A stretch of DNA of 64,000 nucleotides, taken from assembly GCA_027624315.1 (NCBI GenBank), contig JAQBXX010000002.1, positions 7,852 to 71,851 of the forward strand. Direction: 5' to 3'. The stretch is from Pseudomonadota bacterium (lineage in GTDB: Bacteria; Pseudomonadota; Gammaproteobacteria; SURF-13). Positions 50,591-60,564 of the stretch are shown piece after piece (positions within the stretch are counted from its first letter, which is position 1; every line of letters starts with the position of its first letter). The translations under genes and the position numbers were made by a program. The notes below the pieces were generated by a model that was not told where the DNA came from, did no database searches, and saw only the letters and a list, made by a program, of their open reading frames with translations.

Positions 50591-51688
50591 TTAAAGTCTA
50601 TCGTGAGCGGACTGCAAGGCATAGGGCGCGGGGTCAATCACCGGTGTTCGGTCCAGCACAATATCCGCCATGAGTCGCGCCGACGCCGGCGCCAACACCA
50701 AGCCGTTGCGGAAATGGCCGGTGTTCACATACAAGCCCTTGATGCCGGGATGCGCGCCGATATAAGGCACGCCCTGCGGTGAGCCGGGACGCAAACCCGC
50801 CCAGTGTTGCTCCACCTGACAGTAGGCCAGCGCGGGCACCATGATGATGGCGGCGGTTTTGAGCTCGCTCAGGCCACCCGGGGTTGTGGACTTGTCAAAA
50901 CCCGCATGCTCCACGGTGCTGCCCGTCAGCACAACACCATCGCGGCGCGGAATCAGATAGTGTTCTCCCTGCACGATGATGCGCTTCACCAGGCCCGGCT
51001 TGGTGCGCCACAACAACATTTGGCCGCGCACCGGTGTCAGCTCAAGCGCGAGCCCCAACCCCGCCAGTAATTGCCCGCTCCATGCGCCGCCGGCCACGAT
51101 GACCGTGCCGGCCGTCATGCGCCCGTGCGTGCTGCCCACGCCGGTCACCTGACCCTGATCAAACCGCAGCCCCGTCACCTCGCAGTGCTTAAGGATGCGG
51201 ACACGCCGTTTCATCAGGCTTTGCAACAGGGCACGCAGCAGCCGCGGGTTGCGTATCTGCGCCACATCCGGCAGCCATAGTGCGGAGTCAGTGGCGTCAC
51301 TCACCGACGGCTCACGCATCTTGACGGCGAATTTTGCCAGCACCTGCAGCGCTGCGTTGGCGCGCCCGGCCCACGCCAGCGCTTCGGCTTGTTGCGTGGT
51401 ATCGAGACAGAGCAGGCCACTCTGCGTCCATTCCGCGTCGATGCCGGTTTCGTCTTTAAGCTCCTGCGCAAGTTGCGCGTAACGCTCCTGCCCCCAACGC
51501 GCCAACGCCATCACAGATGCAGGCGCCTGCCACGGATGCAACGGGGATAAAATGCCACCCCCGGCCCAGGACGCCTCGCGCCCCGGCTCCCCACGCTCCA
51601 CTACCGTGACGCTGGCGCCCGCATCGGCCAACTCACGCGCCGTGAGCAGGCCAATGACGCCGCCGCCGATGATGAGGCAGTCCGTCAC
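50591..51688 (-). CDS. thiO: Glycine oxidase ThiO-like FAD-dependent oxidoreductase
   Basis: N-terminal dinucleotide fold MTDCLIIGGGVIGLLTARELADAG. DAO-family length (365 aa). Confidence 0.8.
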   Translation of the reverse strand: MTDCLIIGGGVIGLLTARELADAGASVTVVERGEPGREASWAGGGILSPLHPWQAPASVMALARWGQERYAQLAQELKDETGIDAEWTQSGLLCLDTTQQAEALAWAGRANAALQVLAKFAVKMREPSVSDATDSALWLPDVAQIRNPRLLRALLQSLMKRRVRILKHCEVTGLRFDQGQVTGVGSTHGRMTAGTVIVAGGAWSGQLLAGLGLALELTPVRGQMLLWRTKPGLVKRIIVQGEHYLIPRRDGVVLTGSTVEHAGFDKSTTPGGLSELKTAAIIMVPALAYCQVEQHWAGLRPGSPQGVPYIGAHPGIKGLYVNTGHFRNGLVLAPASARLMADIVLDRTPVIDPAPYALQSAHDRL

Positions 51689-51754
51689 AGTATTTGCTTT
51701 AAGTACCGGTGCAGTTCGGATCGGAAAAGATAAATACGACGTTGCACGGGTAAA

Positions 51755-52195
51755 TTAATTCTTGCCCCAGCAGGCGGCCTGATTGGGCGTGCCGTAATCG
51801 GGACCATTCTGATTTATTGTTAATGGCGTACAAGACACGCCGCCGGCTTTGTCCTGATCTTGCCCGCCGGTCGACTTGGCTGTAGCAGTGGCGCTAAAGC
51901 TGGTCCCGTCCGCTCCTCCGGCAATGGCAATATCGTAATAAGCTGTACCGCTCGCTGGCGATGTTGCGGGCAAACCCAACCCGTCCGTACCCAAGGTGCT
52001 GGTATAGCTGACGTTATTCGCCCGCCACTTTTCCTCAGCAATCTGTAGCTGATAGAGCGCCGTGATCGCCTCTGCGCGCCGTCCCTTGCGCACTGAATCC
52101 GTATAAGACGGGTAGGCAATCGCCGCGAGTATGCCGACGATGGCCACCACAATCATCAATTCAATCAAGGTAAATCCTGGCACGAGCTTTTTCAT
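51755..52195 (-). CDS. pilE: Type IV pilin (PilE/PilA-type prepilin)
   Basis: Start at MKKLVPGFTLIELMIVVAIVGILAAIAYPSY, the class III signal peptide with G/FTLIE. Confidence 0.8.
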   Translation of the reverse strand: MKKLVPGFTLIELMIVVAIVGILAAIAYPSYTDSVRKGRRAEAITALYQLQIAEEKWRANNVSYTSTLGTDGLGLPATSPASGTAYYDIAIAGGADGTSFSATATAKSTGGQDQDKAGGVSCTPLTINQNGPDYGTPNQAACWGKN

Positions 52196-52359
52196 AAGGT
52201 TATCCTCGCCATCAACTTGATGCCTACTATAAAACATTGATGCACTCACATATGACAGTTTTCGATCAACGGCGCGAACCGCCGGATGAACGGCAGCACG
52301 CACCCGCCAGGGTTTGCGCTAGATTATAGCCATGCCAAACAAGGATATTCGCCACACTC

Positions 52360-52884
52360 ATGCGCCCGGACAATAATAATGCTGGTTTTACGCTGGTGGA
52401 GTTGATGGTCACGGTCGCCGTGACAGGTATCTTGTTGGCCATTGCGGTTCCGGCCTTCCAAAGCACACTGGATAAACGGCGTCTCGTCGGCGCGGCTGAG
52501 CAGCTTTACGCCGATCTGCAGTACGCGCGCAGCGAGGCCATCAAGCGCAATACCTCGGTTTACGTCAGCTTTACCACGGGCGCGGACTGGTGCTATGGCA
52601 TAGACACGGCCACCTGCAACTGTGCCACGGCCAACGATTGCCAACTGGACGACATTGAAAAGGTTGTCTCCGCCAGCGGATTCAGGGGGGTCAGCCTGGC
52701 GGAAACCTTCGACGGCGTCGATACAGACTTCGACCCGCGTCACGGCAGTGCCGACAATGGCACAGCGACGCTCAGTTCCAACTATGGCTCCATCAAGATC
52801 ATTGTCGGCAATCTTGGGCGGGTGCGGATTTGTTCTGACTCAAGCAATCTACCTCAGTATAACCCGGCCTCCGGCACATGCTAA
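52360..52884 (+). CDS. fimT: Type IV minor pilin, GspH/FimT family
   Basis: AGFTLVELMVTVAVTGILLAIAVPAF prepilin N-terminus. 174 aa. Confidence 0.75.
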   Translation: MRPDNNNAGFTLVELMVTVAVTGILLAIAVPAFQSTLDKRRLVGAAEQLYADLQYARSEAIKRNTSVYVSFTTGADWCYGIDTATCNCATANDCQLDDIEKVVSASGFRGVSLAETFDGVDTDFDPRHGSADNGTATLSSNYGSIKIIVGNLGRVRICSDSSNLPQYNPASGTC

Positions 52885-53627
52885 TGCTGAAATCCCATCC
52901 TGATACGTACCGCGGCTTCAGCCTGGTGGAGATGCTGATCGCCGTGGCGGTGGGCCTGGTGGTGCTCGCGGGCATCACGCAAATCTTCGCCACTACGGTG
53001 GGTAGCGCCTCCGACACGCGCAAGATGGCGCGTGTGAACGCGGACCTGCGCGCCGCCATGGATGTGATGATGCGCCATATTCAACGCGCGGATTACAACT
53101 CCGCCGCCGTCAACCCGGCGACCGGGGCAGTGCAAAGTACCAGCAATCCCTTCACCCAAGGCGCCAATGACTTGGCCGTCGGGAGTAATTGCATCACATT
53201 TACTTACGATGATAGCGACGACGGCGTTGTGGACACGGATGAAGACATGAATGGCCGTCAGGACGTTCATGCGTTCTATCTTAATGGCGGCGCGATAAGC
53301 ATGCGCAGAGATGCCAGCAGTTCCGCGGTCAACAGTTGTTCGCCCAACTTGACAGAGGGCATCACGGATCCAGACCGTGTCACCATCACCGGGCTGCAGT
53401 TCACCTTGGGCGAACAATGCCTGGATGTTACGGGCGGAGGCACACCGACAGCTTGCGTAGCGGGCGCCGCCAACGGCAACACCTGGGTCAAGGCGCGCCA
53501 GGTCACCACCACCATCACCGGCAAACCGGTGGAGGATAGCGCCGGCACCATGGTGCGCTCCATTACTAACACAGCACGGGTACGCAATGACTTGGTTTGC
53601 GCCAAGGGCAGCGTGCAGTGTCCTTGA
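52878..53627 (+). CDS. pilW: Type IV pilus minor pilin PilW
   Basis: RGFSLVEMLIAVAVGLVVLAGITQIF prepilin N-terminus. 249 aa. Confidence 0.7.
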   Translation: MLMLKSHPDTYRGFSLVEMLIAVAVGLVVLAGITQIFATTVGSASDTRKMARVNADLRAAMDVMMRHIQRADYNSAAVNPATGAVQSTSNPFTQGANDLAVGSNCITFTYDDSDDGVVDTDEDMNGRQDVHAFYLNGGAISMRRDASSSAVNSCSPNLTEGITDPDRVTITGLQFTLGEQCLDVTGGGTPTACVAGAANGNTWVKARQVTTTITGKPVEDSAGTMVRSITNTARVRNDLVCAKGSVQCP

Positions 53628-53655
53628 AACCCCCAGTCTATTCGGAGAACCTCCC

Positions 53656-54882
53656 ATGACCACTAGACTCATCACTTCCAGGATGCCCCTGATCCAGCGC
53701 GGCATGGCGACCCTCAGCACCGCCCTGATTCTGCTCTTTGCCATCACCCTGATGACCTTCTCCTCGGCCAAGGTGGGCATCATGGAACAGAAGATCGCGG
53801 CCAACGACTACCGCGCCAAGCAGGCGTTGCACGCCGCCCAGGCCGCCCTGGACAGGGCCGTTTATGAGTCCAATGTCACCGGCGTCGGTGCTGCTAATGG
53901 CACCTATACTCCCGTGACAACGCTCGCAGCCGTGGGGACTGGCCCGTCCACGTCCTATCAGTATGCCTACGGTCGTGTGCTGAGTGACAGTGATGATGAC
54001 GGTACTGATGACAGCAGTGACACCGATGATGATGGCGACGGTACTGATGACAGCAGCGACACCGAGAATAGCCTTCTGCTGATCAAGATTACCGCAACAG
54101 GCTACTCCGATGATTACTGCGCCGACTGCACGCACTATGCGACCAAAACCATTCAGCAATACATCAAAAAGTACAGCCCCCTGCCCAGCGTCCCCAACAA
54201 TCCTTTGAGCACGGGAGGCAATTACGACTCGAACAGCAACTCAATCGAGATCGTAAATGACATCAGCGGCGCCGACGGCACCGCCATCCAGTCTCAGGGC
54301 ACGATAGATACCGGTAATAAAAACGTCACCTCGGTCAACGGCGTTGCAGGGGCCGGTCTGGCGCAGAATGCCGCCACGCCCGGCGTGGATGGTTTGGTGG
54401 ATACCACGGCGGAGCGGGATGCCTTTTTCGAGAACGCCTTTGGCACCACCAAGACAGAAGTCCAAAGTATGAGCCTGCCCGTCAGTTGCAGCGGCGTCTG
54501 TAATACCGGGCTTGGCAATACCATTACCGGCACTCCACAGGCGCCCATGATCTGGGTCACCGGCGACACCACCCTCAACTCCAATACCGTGATTGGCTCG
54601 CCCACCAATCCGGTGGTGCTGGTTATTAATGGAACCCTCAACATCAACGGCGGCGTCACTATCTATGGCTTTATTTATGTGACCGGCAACGTCACGGATA
54701 GCTTGATGGGTGTCGGCGTGGACGCGAGCGGCGGCGCCACGGTGCAAGGTTCCATTGTTTCCGAAGAGAGTTTGGATTTCGCGGGCACAGTGAATCTAAC
54801 CTTCAATAAATTTGACACAGAACCCCCTGGCCCACCCGGCCCGGACTTTTATGTCAAAACACCCGGCACCTGGACGGACTAG
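53656..54882 (+). CDS. pilX: PilX N-terminal domain protein with an acidic repeat region and a large C-terminal beta-rich domain
   Basis: MTTRLITSRMPLIQRGMATLSTALILLFAITLMTFSSAKVGIMEQKIAANDYRAKQAL matches the PilX N-domain. The D/S/T-rich repeat DDDGTDDSSDTDDDGDGTDDSSDT follows. RBS GGAGA sits at 53644. Confidence 0.7.
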   Translation: MTTRLITSRMPLIQRGMATLSTALILLFAITLMTFSSAKVGIMEQKIAANDYRAKQALHAAQAALDRAVYESNVTGVGAANGTYTPVTTLAAVGTGPSTSYQYAYGRVLSDSDDDGTDDSSDTDDDGDGTDDSSDTENSLLLIKITATGYSDDYCADCTHYATKTIQQYIKKYSPLPSVPNNPLSTGGNYDSNSNSIEIVNDISGADGTAIQSQGTIDTGNKNVTSVNGVAGAGLAQNAATPGVDGLVDTTAERDAFFENAFGTTKTEVQSMSLPVSCSGVCNTGLGNTITGTPQAPMIWVTGDTTLNSNTVIGSPTNPVVLVINGTLNINGGVTIYGFIYVTGNVTDSLMGVGVDASGGATVQGSIVSEESLDFAGTVNLTFNKFDTEPPGPPGPDFYVKTPGTWTD

Positions 54883-54891
54883 TTAACGGAT

Positions 54892-55374
54892 ATGGAAATG
54901 TTTGCCAAACATGGCATGTGTCCAGCCATTGGGATCAGCCGGGGGTTCTCCCTGATTGAGGTTTTGATCACTGTCGCCGTGCTGGCGGTGGGTTTGGTCG
55001 CCATGGCCCGCTTTCAAGGCACGGCGCTGCAGACCAGTTCCCTGGCCAAGGATCGCAGCGAGGCCGCAGCCCTGGCGGAGCAGAAAATCGAGCAGCTTAG
55101 AAACTTCACGAATTTTTCCGACATTGGCACTACCCTAGCTTGCGGCACGGATACCATCACGCTGCAAGGGAGCGAATACACGCGCACATGCAGCCTGGGC
55201 AACACGGTGTCCTCCGGTCTTCTCTACCAATACAGGAACGTGACGGTGCGGGTCACCTGGACCAGGCCGGGGGCCTCCGTGGACACTAGCTGCGCGACGC
55301 AGGTCGATACCTGCGTAACGTTGACCACCACCATCAACAATGCCGAACTCAGATATTCTGGCGAGTTGACCTAG
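54892..55374 (+). CDS. pilV: Type IV pilus modification protein PilV
   Basis: RGFSLIEVLITVAVLAVGLVAMARFQ, typical of PilV. 160 aa. Confidence 0.75.
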   Translation: MEMFAKHGMCPAIGISRGFSLIEVLITVAVLAVGLVAMARFQGTALQTSSLAKDRSEAAALAEQKIEQLRNFTNFSDIGTTLACGTDTITLQGSEYTRTCSLGNTVSSGLLYQYRNVTVRVTWTRPGASVDTSCATQVDTCVTLTTTINNAELRYSGELT

Positions 55375-55420
55375 AACCTCTGATCAGGACAACCAGTTCG
55401 GGAGAGAACGCGATGAAAAA

Positions 55421-55702
55421 ATGGTTGGCGGCAATAGGCGCGGCGGCCAGAAAACCGTGTCACGCAAGATTGCCGCGGACTTTGCCGGCTTTTCCGGTTC
55501 GCAGGAAAACGCCGAGGCTCTCGCCGCCGGTTTGCGCAACGGCGCCGAGATCACCCTGGCCGGCGCGGACGGCGCGCCGGCCACATGGGCAACGGCAACG
55601 TCTACAACTCACTCGCGCTCGCCGAACAACAGCTTGCCAACATCGGCGTCACCGATCCGACGCCGGAGCAGATTCAGGCGGCGCTTAACGGCGGGACGGT
55701 AA
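55421..55702 (+). CDS. Probable 5-prime portion of a frameshifted gene (frame A)
   Basis: The ATG is 14 nt after a GGAGAG RBS. It codes a plausible peptide ...KIAADFAGFSGSQENAEALAAGLRNGAEITLAGADGAPA, then degenerates into R-rich junk exactly where the overlapping frame-B ORF becomes protein-like. Confidence 0.3.
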   Translation: MVGGNRRGGQKTVSRKIAADFAGFSGSQENAEALAAGLRNGAEITLAGADGAPATWATATSTTHSRSPNNSLPTSASPIRRRSRFRRRLTAGR

Positions 55703-56193
55703 CCGGCGCGGACGGCGCGAGTTACGAGTTGCAAGGCATCCTGCAAATGCGCAGCGAAGGCATGGGCTGGGGGCAAATCGCCAAGTCCCAGGGCATGAAT
55801 CTCGGCAAGGTGGTCAGCTCCATGAAATCGGCCAACGCCTTCCTCAAAAACCCCAAAGCCCGGGAAGTGGCAAGTGAAACGGCCGTTACCTCGGTGGAAT
55901 CCACCACCTCTGATAAGACCGTCACGCAGGCGGTAAAGGGTAAGGCTGACTCAAACCGCGTCATCACCGCCGAGGGCAACGCACAAGTGACCGGCAAGCA
56001 CTCCGGCAAATCCAAAGTGACGAGCGCGAGCGGTGATATTGCTAGCTCCGGCAAATCCCACGCACGCGCGCGCAGCAGCATCGTCTCCGCGTCTGGCGCA
56101 CCGGTCGGCGGAATGGTGGTGAAGCAGCACTCCGGCGGTGGTGCGGGTAGTGGCGCGGGTGGCAACGCCAAGGGCAACGGCCACTTCAAATAA
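55585..56193 (+). CDS. Hypothetical protein (frame B), probably the 3-prime portion of the same gene as 55421-55583
   Basis: NVYNSLALAEQQLANIGVTDPTPEQIQAALNGGTVTGADGASYELQGI... followed by a low-complexity Gly/Ser-rich C-terminus. No family recognised. Confidence 0.45.
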   Translation: MGNGNVYNSLALAEQQLANIGVTDPTPEQIQAALNGGTVTGADGASYELQGILQMRSEGMGWGQIAKSQGMNLGKVVSSMKSANAFLKNPKAREVASETAVTSVESTTSDKTVTQAVKGKADSNRVITAEGNAQVTGKHSGKSKVTSASGDIASSGKSHARARSSIVSASGAPVGGMVVKQHSGGGAGSGAGGNAKGNGHFK

Positions 56194-56282
56194 GGAATCT
56201 CTGATTTATTCAGAGCTTCCATAACAGACGTTGACGTCAGTGGCTGGGACAGGGATGTCACGGCTTTTTTTGCACGTAATTT

Positions 56283-57224
56283 TTATGGCGCCAGGAGTTC
56301 CTTGGGCAACGGGAACATGACGTGCTCCTGCGGCCCGCTGCTTTCCTCGGCGCTGTAAGCGCCCCACTCTTTCAGTTTCGTTATCACCTGTTGCACCAGC
56401 ACTTCCGGGGCGGACGCGCCGGCGGTGACGCCAATGGCGGTTTTGCCTTCCAGCCAGGCGCGTTGAATATCCGCGGCGCTGTCTATCAGATAAGCGGGCG
56501 TGCCGAGTTTGGCGGAGAGTTCTTTCAGGCGATTTGAATTCGAACTGTTGGGTGAACCCACCACCAGCAGCACGTCGCACTGCCCGGCGAGTTGTTTCAC
56601 CGCGTCCTGGCGGTTTTGCGTGGCGTAACAGATGTCGTCTTTTTTCGGGCCGATGATGGCGGGGAAACGGGCGCGCAGGGCTTCGATTACGCGCGCGGTG
56701 TCGTCCATCGAAAGCGTGGTCTGTGTGACAAACGCGACGCGCGCGGGATTATTTACCGCCAGACTTTGCACGTCCTCCACCGACTCGACCAGATACATGC
56801 GGCCCATCTCATCGGGCTTGTTGTATTGCCCCATGGTGCCCTCGACTTCCGGGTGGCCCTTGTGGCCGATGAGGATGCACTCGCGTCCTTCGCGGTAATG
56901 GCCCAGCACCTCCATGTGCACCTTGGTGACCAGCGGGCAGGTGGCGTCGAACACCTTGAGGCCGCGCCGCGCGGCCTCCTCGCTCACCGCGCGTGACACG
57001 CCATGGGCGGAGAAGATGACGAGACCGTCATCCGGCACTTCGTCCAGTTCATCCACAAACACCGCGCCCTTGGTGCGCAGCGCATCCACCACGAAGCGGT
57101 TATGCACCACCTCGTGACGCACATAGATCGGCGCGCCGAATTTCTCCAGCGCGCGCTCGACAATCACGATGGCGCGATCGACACCGGCGCAGAAGCCGCG
57201 TGGATTGGCGAGGATTACTTTCAT
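56283..57224 (-). CDS. ispH: 4-hydroxy-3-methylbut-2-enyl diphosphate reductase
   Basis: Start at [23 protein letters not shown], with the three conserved Cys (FCAGV, ATCPLV, and the third downstream). The longer track ORF reads through an upstream REP. Confidence 0.9.
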   Translation of the reverse strand: MKVILANPRGFCAGVDRAIVIVERALEKFGAPIYVRHEVVHNRFVVDALRTKGAVFVDELDEVPDDGLVIFSAHGVSRAVSEEAARRGLKVFDATCPLVTKVHMEVLGHYREGRECILIGHKGHPEVEGTMGQYNKPDEMGRMYLVESVEDVQSLAVNNPARVAFVTQTTLSMDDTARVIEALRARFPAIIGPKKDDICYATQNRQDAVKQLAGQCDVLLVVGSPNSSNSNRLKELSAKLGTPAYLIDSAADIQRAWLEGKTAIGVTAGASAPEVLVQQVITKLKEWGAYSAEESSGPQEHVMFPLPKELLAP

Positions 57225-57244
57225 ACCGCCCTCACCCTGCGGCT

Positions 57245-57290
57245 TCACCCCCCTCGCCTCGCCCTCCCCAGAGGGAGAGGGTTTTATGTC
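57245..57290. repeat. REP-like hairpin, family D (CCCTCCCCAGAGGGAGAGGG). A second copy, CCCTCTCCCGGAGGGAGAGGG, is at 57965-57995
   Basis: GC-rich palindromes on both sides of mtnB. Confidence 0.35.
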
Positions 57291-57295
57291 TGCTT

Positions 57296-57922
57296 TCATT
57301 TGCAGCGCGCCAGATAGCTCAACATAAACTCCATGCACTCCACGCGATTATAGGCCTCCTGCAGCGAACCGCCCCACACCGTCACGCCGTGGCCGTGCAC
57401 CATCAGCGCCGGCAGTTGCGGCGGCTCATGCTCGAAGCGCGCGGCGATGGCGTCGGCAATCTTGCTCACGTCGAGGGTGTTCTCAAACAGCGGCAGGCTC
57501 ACGCGCGGGTGCTGCTCCCAGATGCCGAGCCCCTTGATCATTTCCAGCGCGGGCAAGGGCAATACACGCGCACCCTCGGCTACGCGCGCGGCGGCGAGAC
57601 AGGCCTCCACCGTGTGCACGTGCAGACACGCGCGCGCCGCCGGAAAACACTGGTAGATAACGCGATGGATGGCGGTTTCAGCGGAGGGTTTGCCGTCCGC
57701 GCGTGCGCGCTCGATGACACTGCCGTCGGCCACATTGACCAGCAGAAAATCGGTTTCGTCGAGGCGGCCCTTGGGACGCCCACTCGCGGTGATCCAGAAG
57801 CCTGCATCGTCGCGCGCGCTGAGATTGCCCGCCGTGCCTGACATCCAGCCACGCGCGTGAAAATCGCGCGCGATCTCGACTAAAGCGGCGCGTAACGGCA
57901 GTTGGTCTAACGTGTGCGGCAT
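57296..57922 (-). CDS. mtnB: Methylthioribulose-1-phosphate dehydratase (class II aldolase fold)
   Basis: 208 aa with [12 protein letters not shown] and HVHT...HGHG metal ligands. It is adjacent to mtnD. Confidence 0.85.
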   Translation of the reverse strand: MPHTLDQLPLRAALVEIARDFHARGWMSGTAGNLSARDDAGFWITASGRPKGRLDETDFLLVNVADGSVIERARADGKPSAETAIHRVIYQCFPAARACLHVHTVEACLAAARVAEGARVLPLPALEMIKGLGIWEQHPRVSLPLFENTLDVSKIADAIAARFEHEPPQLPALMVHGHGVTVWGGSLQEAYNRVECMEFMLSYLARCK

Positions 57923-58017
57923 AAACAGGATTGGCCCAGGGTGTCCTGTATATTTACCACCCTCACCCCAGCCCTCTCCCGGAGGGAGAGGGTGTGTGTT
58001 GTTTCACTTGCCACTTG

Positions 58018-58560
58018 CTACTCGAAACTCGCTACTGCTCTTTGCGTATACACTGGCGTCCAGCCGCTGGTGTCGATGAAGTAGCGCACCGCCTTGATGC
58101 GCGTCGAATCGCCCAGCGTAAACCAGTGCTCGGTGTTGGCCGGCACGTTGATGTAATCGCCGGCATTGACCTCGAGCATGAATTGTCCGCCGCTCTTGTC
58201 GACGAAGCCGAAGTAGCCCTTGCCCGCGAGGATGTAACGCACCTCGTCGTCGGTGTGGTAGTGCACTTTGTCGAACTTGCCGAGCATCTCGGCCAGGCCG
58301 GGAACATCCTCGTGCAGCACGATCATGTCGCGCGTGGCATAGCCCGCTTCCTGCTTCAGCGTTTCAAACCTGTCGTCCACTGCATGCAGCAACTCTTCCT
58401 TTTCGCCATCACTCAGCGCCGCCTTGGCCAGCAGCGCCTGCGCGCGCGCGTCTGCCGGAGCGGGCCAATCACGCAGGGTGATACCGATTTCGGCGAGCTT
58501 GCTTTGGATGGCGGGGAAATCGCGCGTCTCGCGCTCGCCGGGGAAAATCATGCGTGCCAT
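58018..58560 (-). CDS. mtnD: Acireductone dioxygenase (ARD)
   Basis: 180 aa cupin with HYHTDDEVRYILAGKGYF...EHWFTL. Confidence 0.85.
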   Translation of the reverse strand: MARMIFPGERETRDFPAIQSKLAEIGITLRDWPAPADARAQALLAKAALSDGEKEELLHAVDDRFETLKQEAGYATRDMIVLHEDVPGLAEMLGKFDKVHYHTDDEVRYILAGKGYFGFVDKSGGQFMLEVNAGDYINVPANTEHWFTLGDSTRIKAVRYFIDTSGWTPVYTQRAVASFE

Positions 58561-58581
58561 CGTACGTACCTTGTATCTGCA

Positions 58582-59907
58582 TCAGCCGCGTCCGCGCGAA
58601 CGCGACGAGCCGTGACTGTGACTCTTGAGCGGTGCGCCGCGCCCGGCCGGCCGGGCGCCTGCCCTGCCATGCCGTCCAGCAAACGGCTTGGGCGCAAACT
58701 CGGACTTGTGCGGCGGCAGCAGTGTGGCCAAAAGCTCATCGGTAACGCGCACGACGGGAATCTTGTGGCCGGTATATTCCTCAATCTCGGGCAGCGTAAA
58801 GGCGTACTCCTCGCACGCGAAGCTGATGGAGTCGCCGGAGGCACCGACGCGCGCGGTGCGCCCGATGCGGTGCACGTAGTCTTCGCCCGATTGCGGCAGG
58901 TCGTAATTGAACACGTGGCTCACTTCCGGGATGTGCAACCCGCGCGCCGCGACGTCGGTGGCGACCAGGATGGCGAGCTTGCCTTCCTGGAATTCCGCCA
59001 GCAACTGCTGGCGCTTTTTTTGCGGCACGTCACCCGACAACAGCGCAGTGCCGAAGCCGTTGCCGAGCAGATAACCCAGCACCTTGTGCGCCACCGCCTT
59101 GGTGTTCACAAACACGATGCTGCGCTTCGCGTCGGTGCGCCGGAGCAGGCCGATCAGCAGCGCGATCTTTTCCTCGTTGCCCACGTGATACACCGCCTGC
59201 GTCACCTTGTCCGCCGTCACCTTGTCGGGCTCGACTGCAATCAGGCGCGGGCTGTTCATGTGCTCATAGGCGAGTTCGGTTACGCGCCACGACAGCGTGG
59301 CGGAAAACAGCATGTTGAGGCGCTGCTCCGGCGGGGGCAGACGGCGCAGCAAAAAGCGCACGTCCTTGATGAAGCCGAGATCGAACATGCGATCCGCCTC
59401 GTCCAGCACCATTACCTGCGCCGCCTTCAAATCGAACACATGCTGTTTGAAATAATCAATCACGCGCCCCGGCGTGCCGATCAGGATATCCACGCCCGCC
59501 TCCATCATGGCACGCTGGGTGTCGTAGCCGGTGCCGCCGTAAACCAGGCCCAGGCTCAGGCCGCTGTGCTTGCCCAGCACCTCGGCGTCCTTGTGGATTT
59601 GAATCGCCAGCTCGCGCGTAGGCGCGAGCACCAGTGCGCGCGGCTGATTGGCTTTGCGCCCCGCAGGCACAGGATGCTTGAGCAGGTGATTCATCAATGC
59701 GAGCAAGAACGCCGCGGTCTTGCCGGTGCCGGTCTGCGCCTGGCCTGCGACATCGTGGCCGGCCAGTGCCAGCGGCAGGGTCTCGGCCTGGATCGGGGTG
59801 CACCAGGAAAACCCAGCTTCTTCAACGCCTTGCAGCAACGGCGCAGGAAGCCCGAGACTTGAAAACGCCACTGCGGTCAGATGTTTTTCGCTTGCTTGTT
59901 CAGTCAT
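58582..59907 (-). CDS. rhlB: ATP-dependent DEAD-box RNA helicase RhlB
   Basis: Start at [12 protein letters not shown]-motif, [12 protein letters not shown] (VLDEADRM), [11 protein letters not shown] and an RG-rich C-terminus. Divergent from trxA-rho, as in E. coli. Confidence 0.85.
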   Translation of the reverse strand: MTEQASEKHLTAVAFSSLGLPAPLLQGVEEAGFSWCTPIQAETLPLALAGHDVAGQAQTGTGKTAAFLLALMNHLLKHPVPAGRKANQPRALVLAPTRELAIQIHKDAEVLGKHSGLSLGLVYGGTGYDTQRAMMEAGVDILIGTPGRVIDYFKQHVFDLKAAQVMVLDEADRMFDLGFIKDVRFLLRRLPPPEQRLNMLFSATLSWRVTELAYEHMNSPRLIAVEPDKVTADKVTQAVYHVGNEEKIALLIGLLRRTDAKRSIVFVNTKAVAHKVLGYLLGNGFGTALLSGDVPQKKRQQLLAEFQEGKLAILVATDVAARGLHIPEVSHVFNYDLPQSGEDYVHRIGRTARVGASGDSISFACEEYAFTLPEIEEYTGHKIPVVRVTDELLATLLPPHKSEFAPKPFAGRHGRAGARPAGRGAPLKSHSHGSSRSRGRG

Positions 59908-60074
59908 AGTGCTACACGATAGCAGAATTGATGCAGCCCTGTTGTAAAAAACCGAGGCTTGAAAAACTTCTTCAAGTACGGTGAAATAGCGACAGCAGGG
60001 CGGCACAATAAAGCGCGGCGCCCGCAAACGGCCCCTGTCCGGGCCATCCGATCACTTCCAGCAGAGGCACAACC

Positions 60075-60401
60075 GTGAGCGGAAATATCATTCATATCAC
60101 TGACGCAAGTTTCGAAAACGAAGTGCTCAAGGCCAGCGGACCCGTGCTGGTGGACTACTGGGCCGACTGGTGCGGACCGTGCAAGATGATTGCGCCGATC
60201 CTGGATGAGATCGCCACCGAATACAGCGGCAAGGTCAAGATCGCCAAGCTCAACATCGACCAGAATGCGGCCACCCCGCCCAAGTTCGGCATCCGTGGCA
60301 TACCCACCCTGATGCTGTTCAAAAACGGCAGCGTCGCGGCCACGAAGGTAGGGGCGCTTTCGAAGTCGCAGTTGACGGCCTTTATCGACACCAACCTTTG
60401 A
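60075..60401 (+). CDS. trxA: Thioredoxin 1 (GTG start)
   Basis: 108 aa with WCGPC and high identity to E. coli TrxA throughout. Confidence 0.9.
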   Translation: MSGNIIHITDASFENEVLKASGPVLVDYWADWCGPCKMIAPILDEIATEYSGKVKIAKLNIDQNAATPPKFGIRGIPTLMLFKNGSVAATKVGALSKSQLTAFIDTNL

Positions 60402-60564
60402 ACACGCACCACTGGACGCAAGAGTGATGGCGTGATAGTGTTGCCTCAACTGTAAAGCCTGTTGACCTGCCCTTCGGCAGTTCTCCCCAGACCACAACCA
60501 TTTTTTACCTCGGACGTTTAAGCGTCCGTGTCGCAGCACCCACCCGTCATCCAGAAATACACGC
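60402..60564 (+). promoter_or_regulatory. rho leader / autoregulatory attenuator region (C-rich, G-poor untranslated leader)
   Basis: A 163-nt spacer between trxA and rho with C-rich stretches (CCCTTCGGCAGTTCTCCCCAGACCACAACC, CACCCACCCGTCATCC) and the small hairpin GACGTTTAAGCGTCCG. Confidence 0.35.

Noticed and set aside
55413-55688. 91-aa ORF starting at ATG 55413 (MKKWLAAIGAAARKP...)
   Set aside because: After the first 12 residues the translation is Arg/Pro-rich junk. The downstream ATG at 55421 gives the frame that actually reads as protein. 55413 may only matter as an A6 slippery start.
57931-59862. 643-aa ORF on the + strand
   Set aside because: It is antisense to mtnD and rhlB. The true minus-strand genes carry the cupin and DEAD-box motifs.
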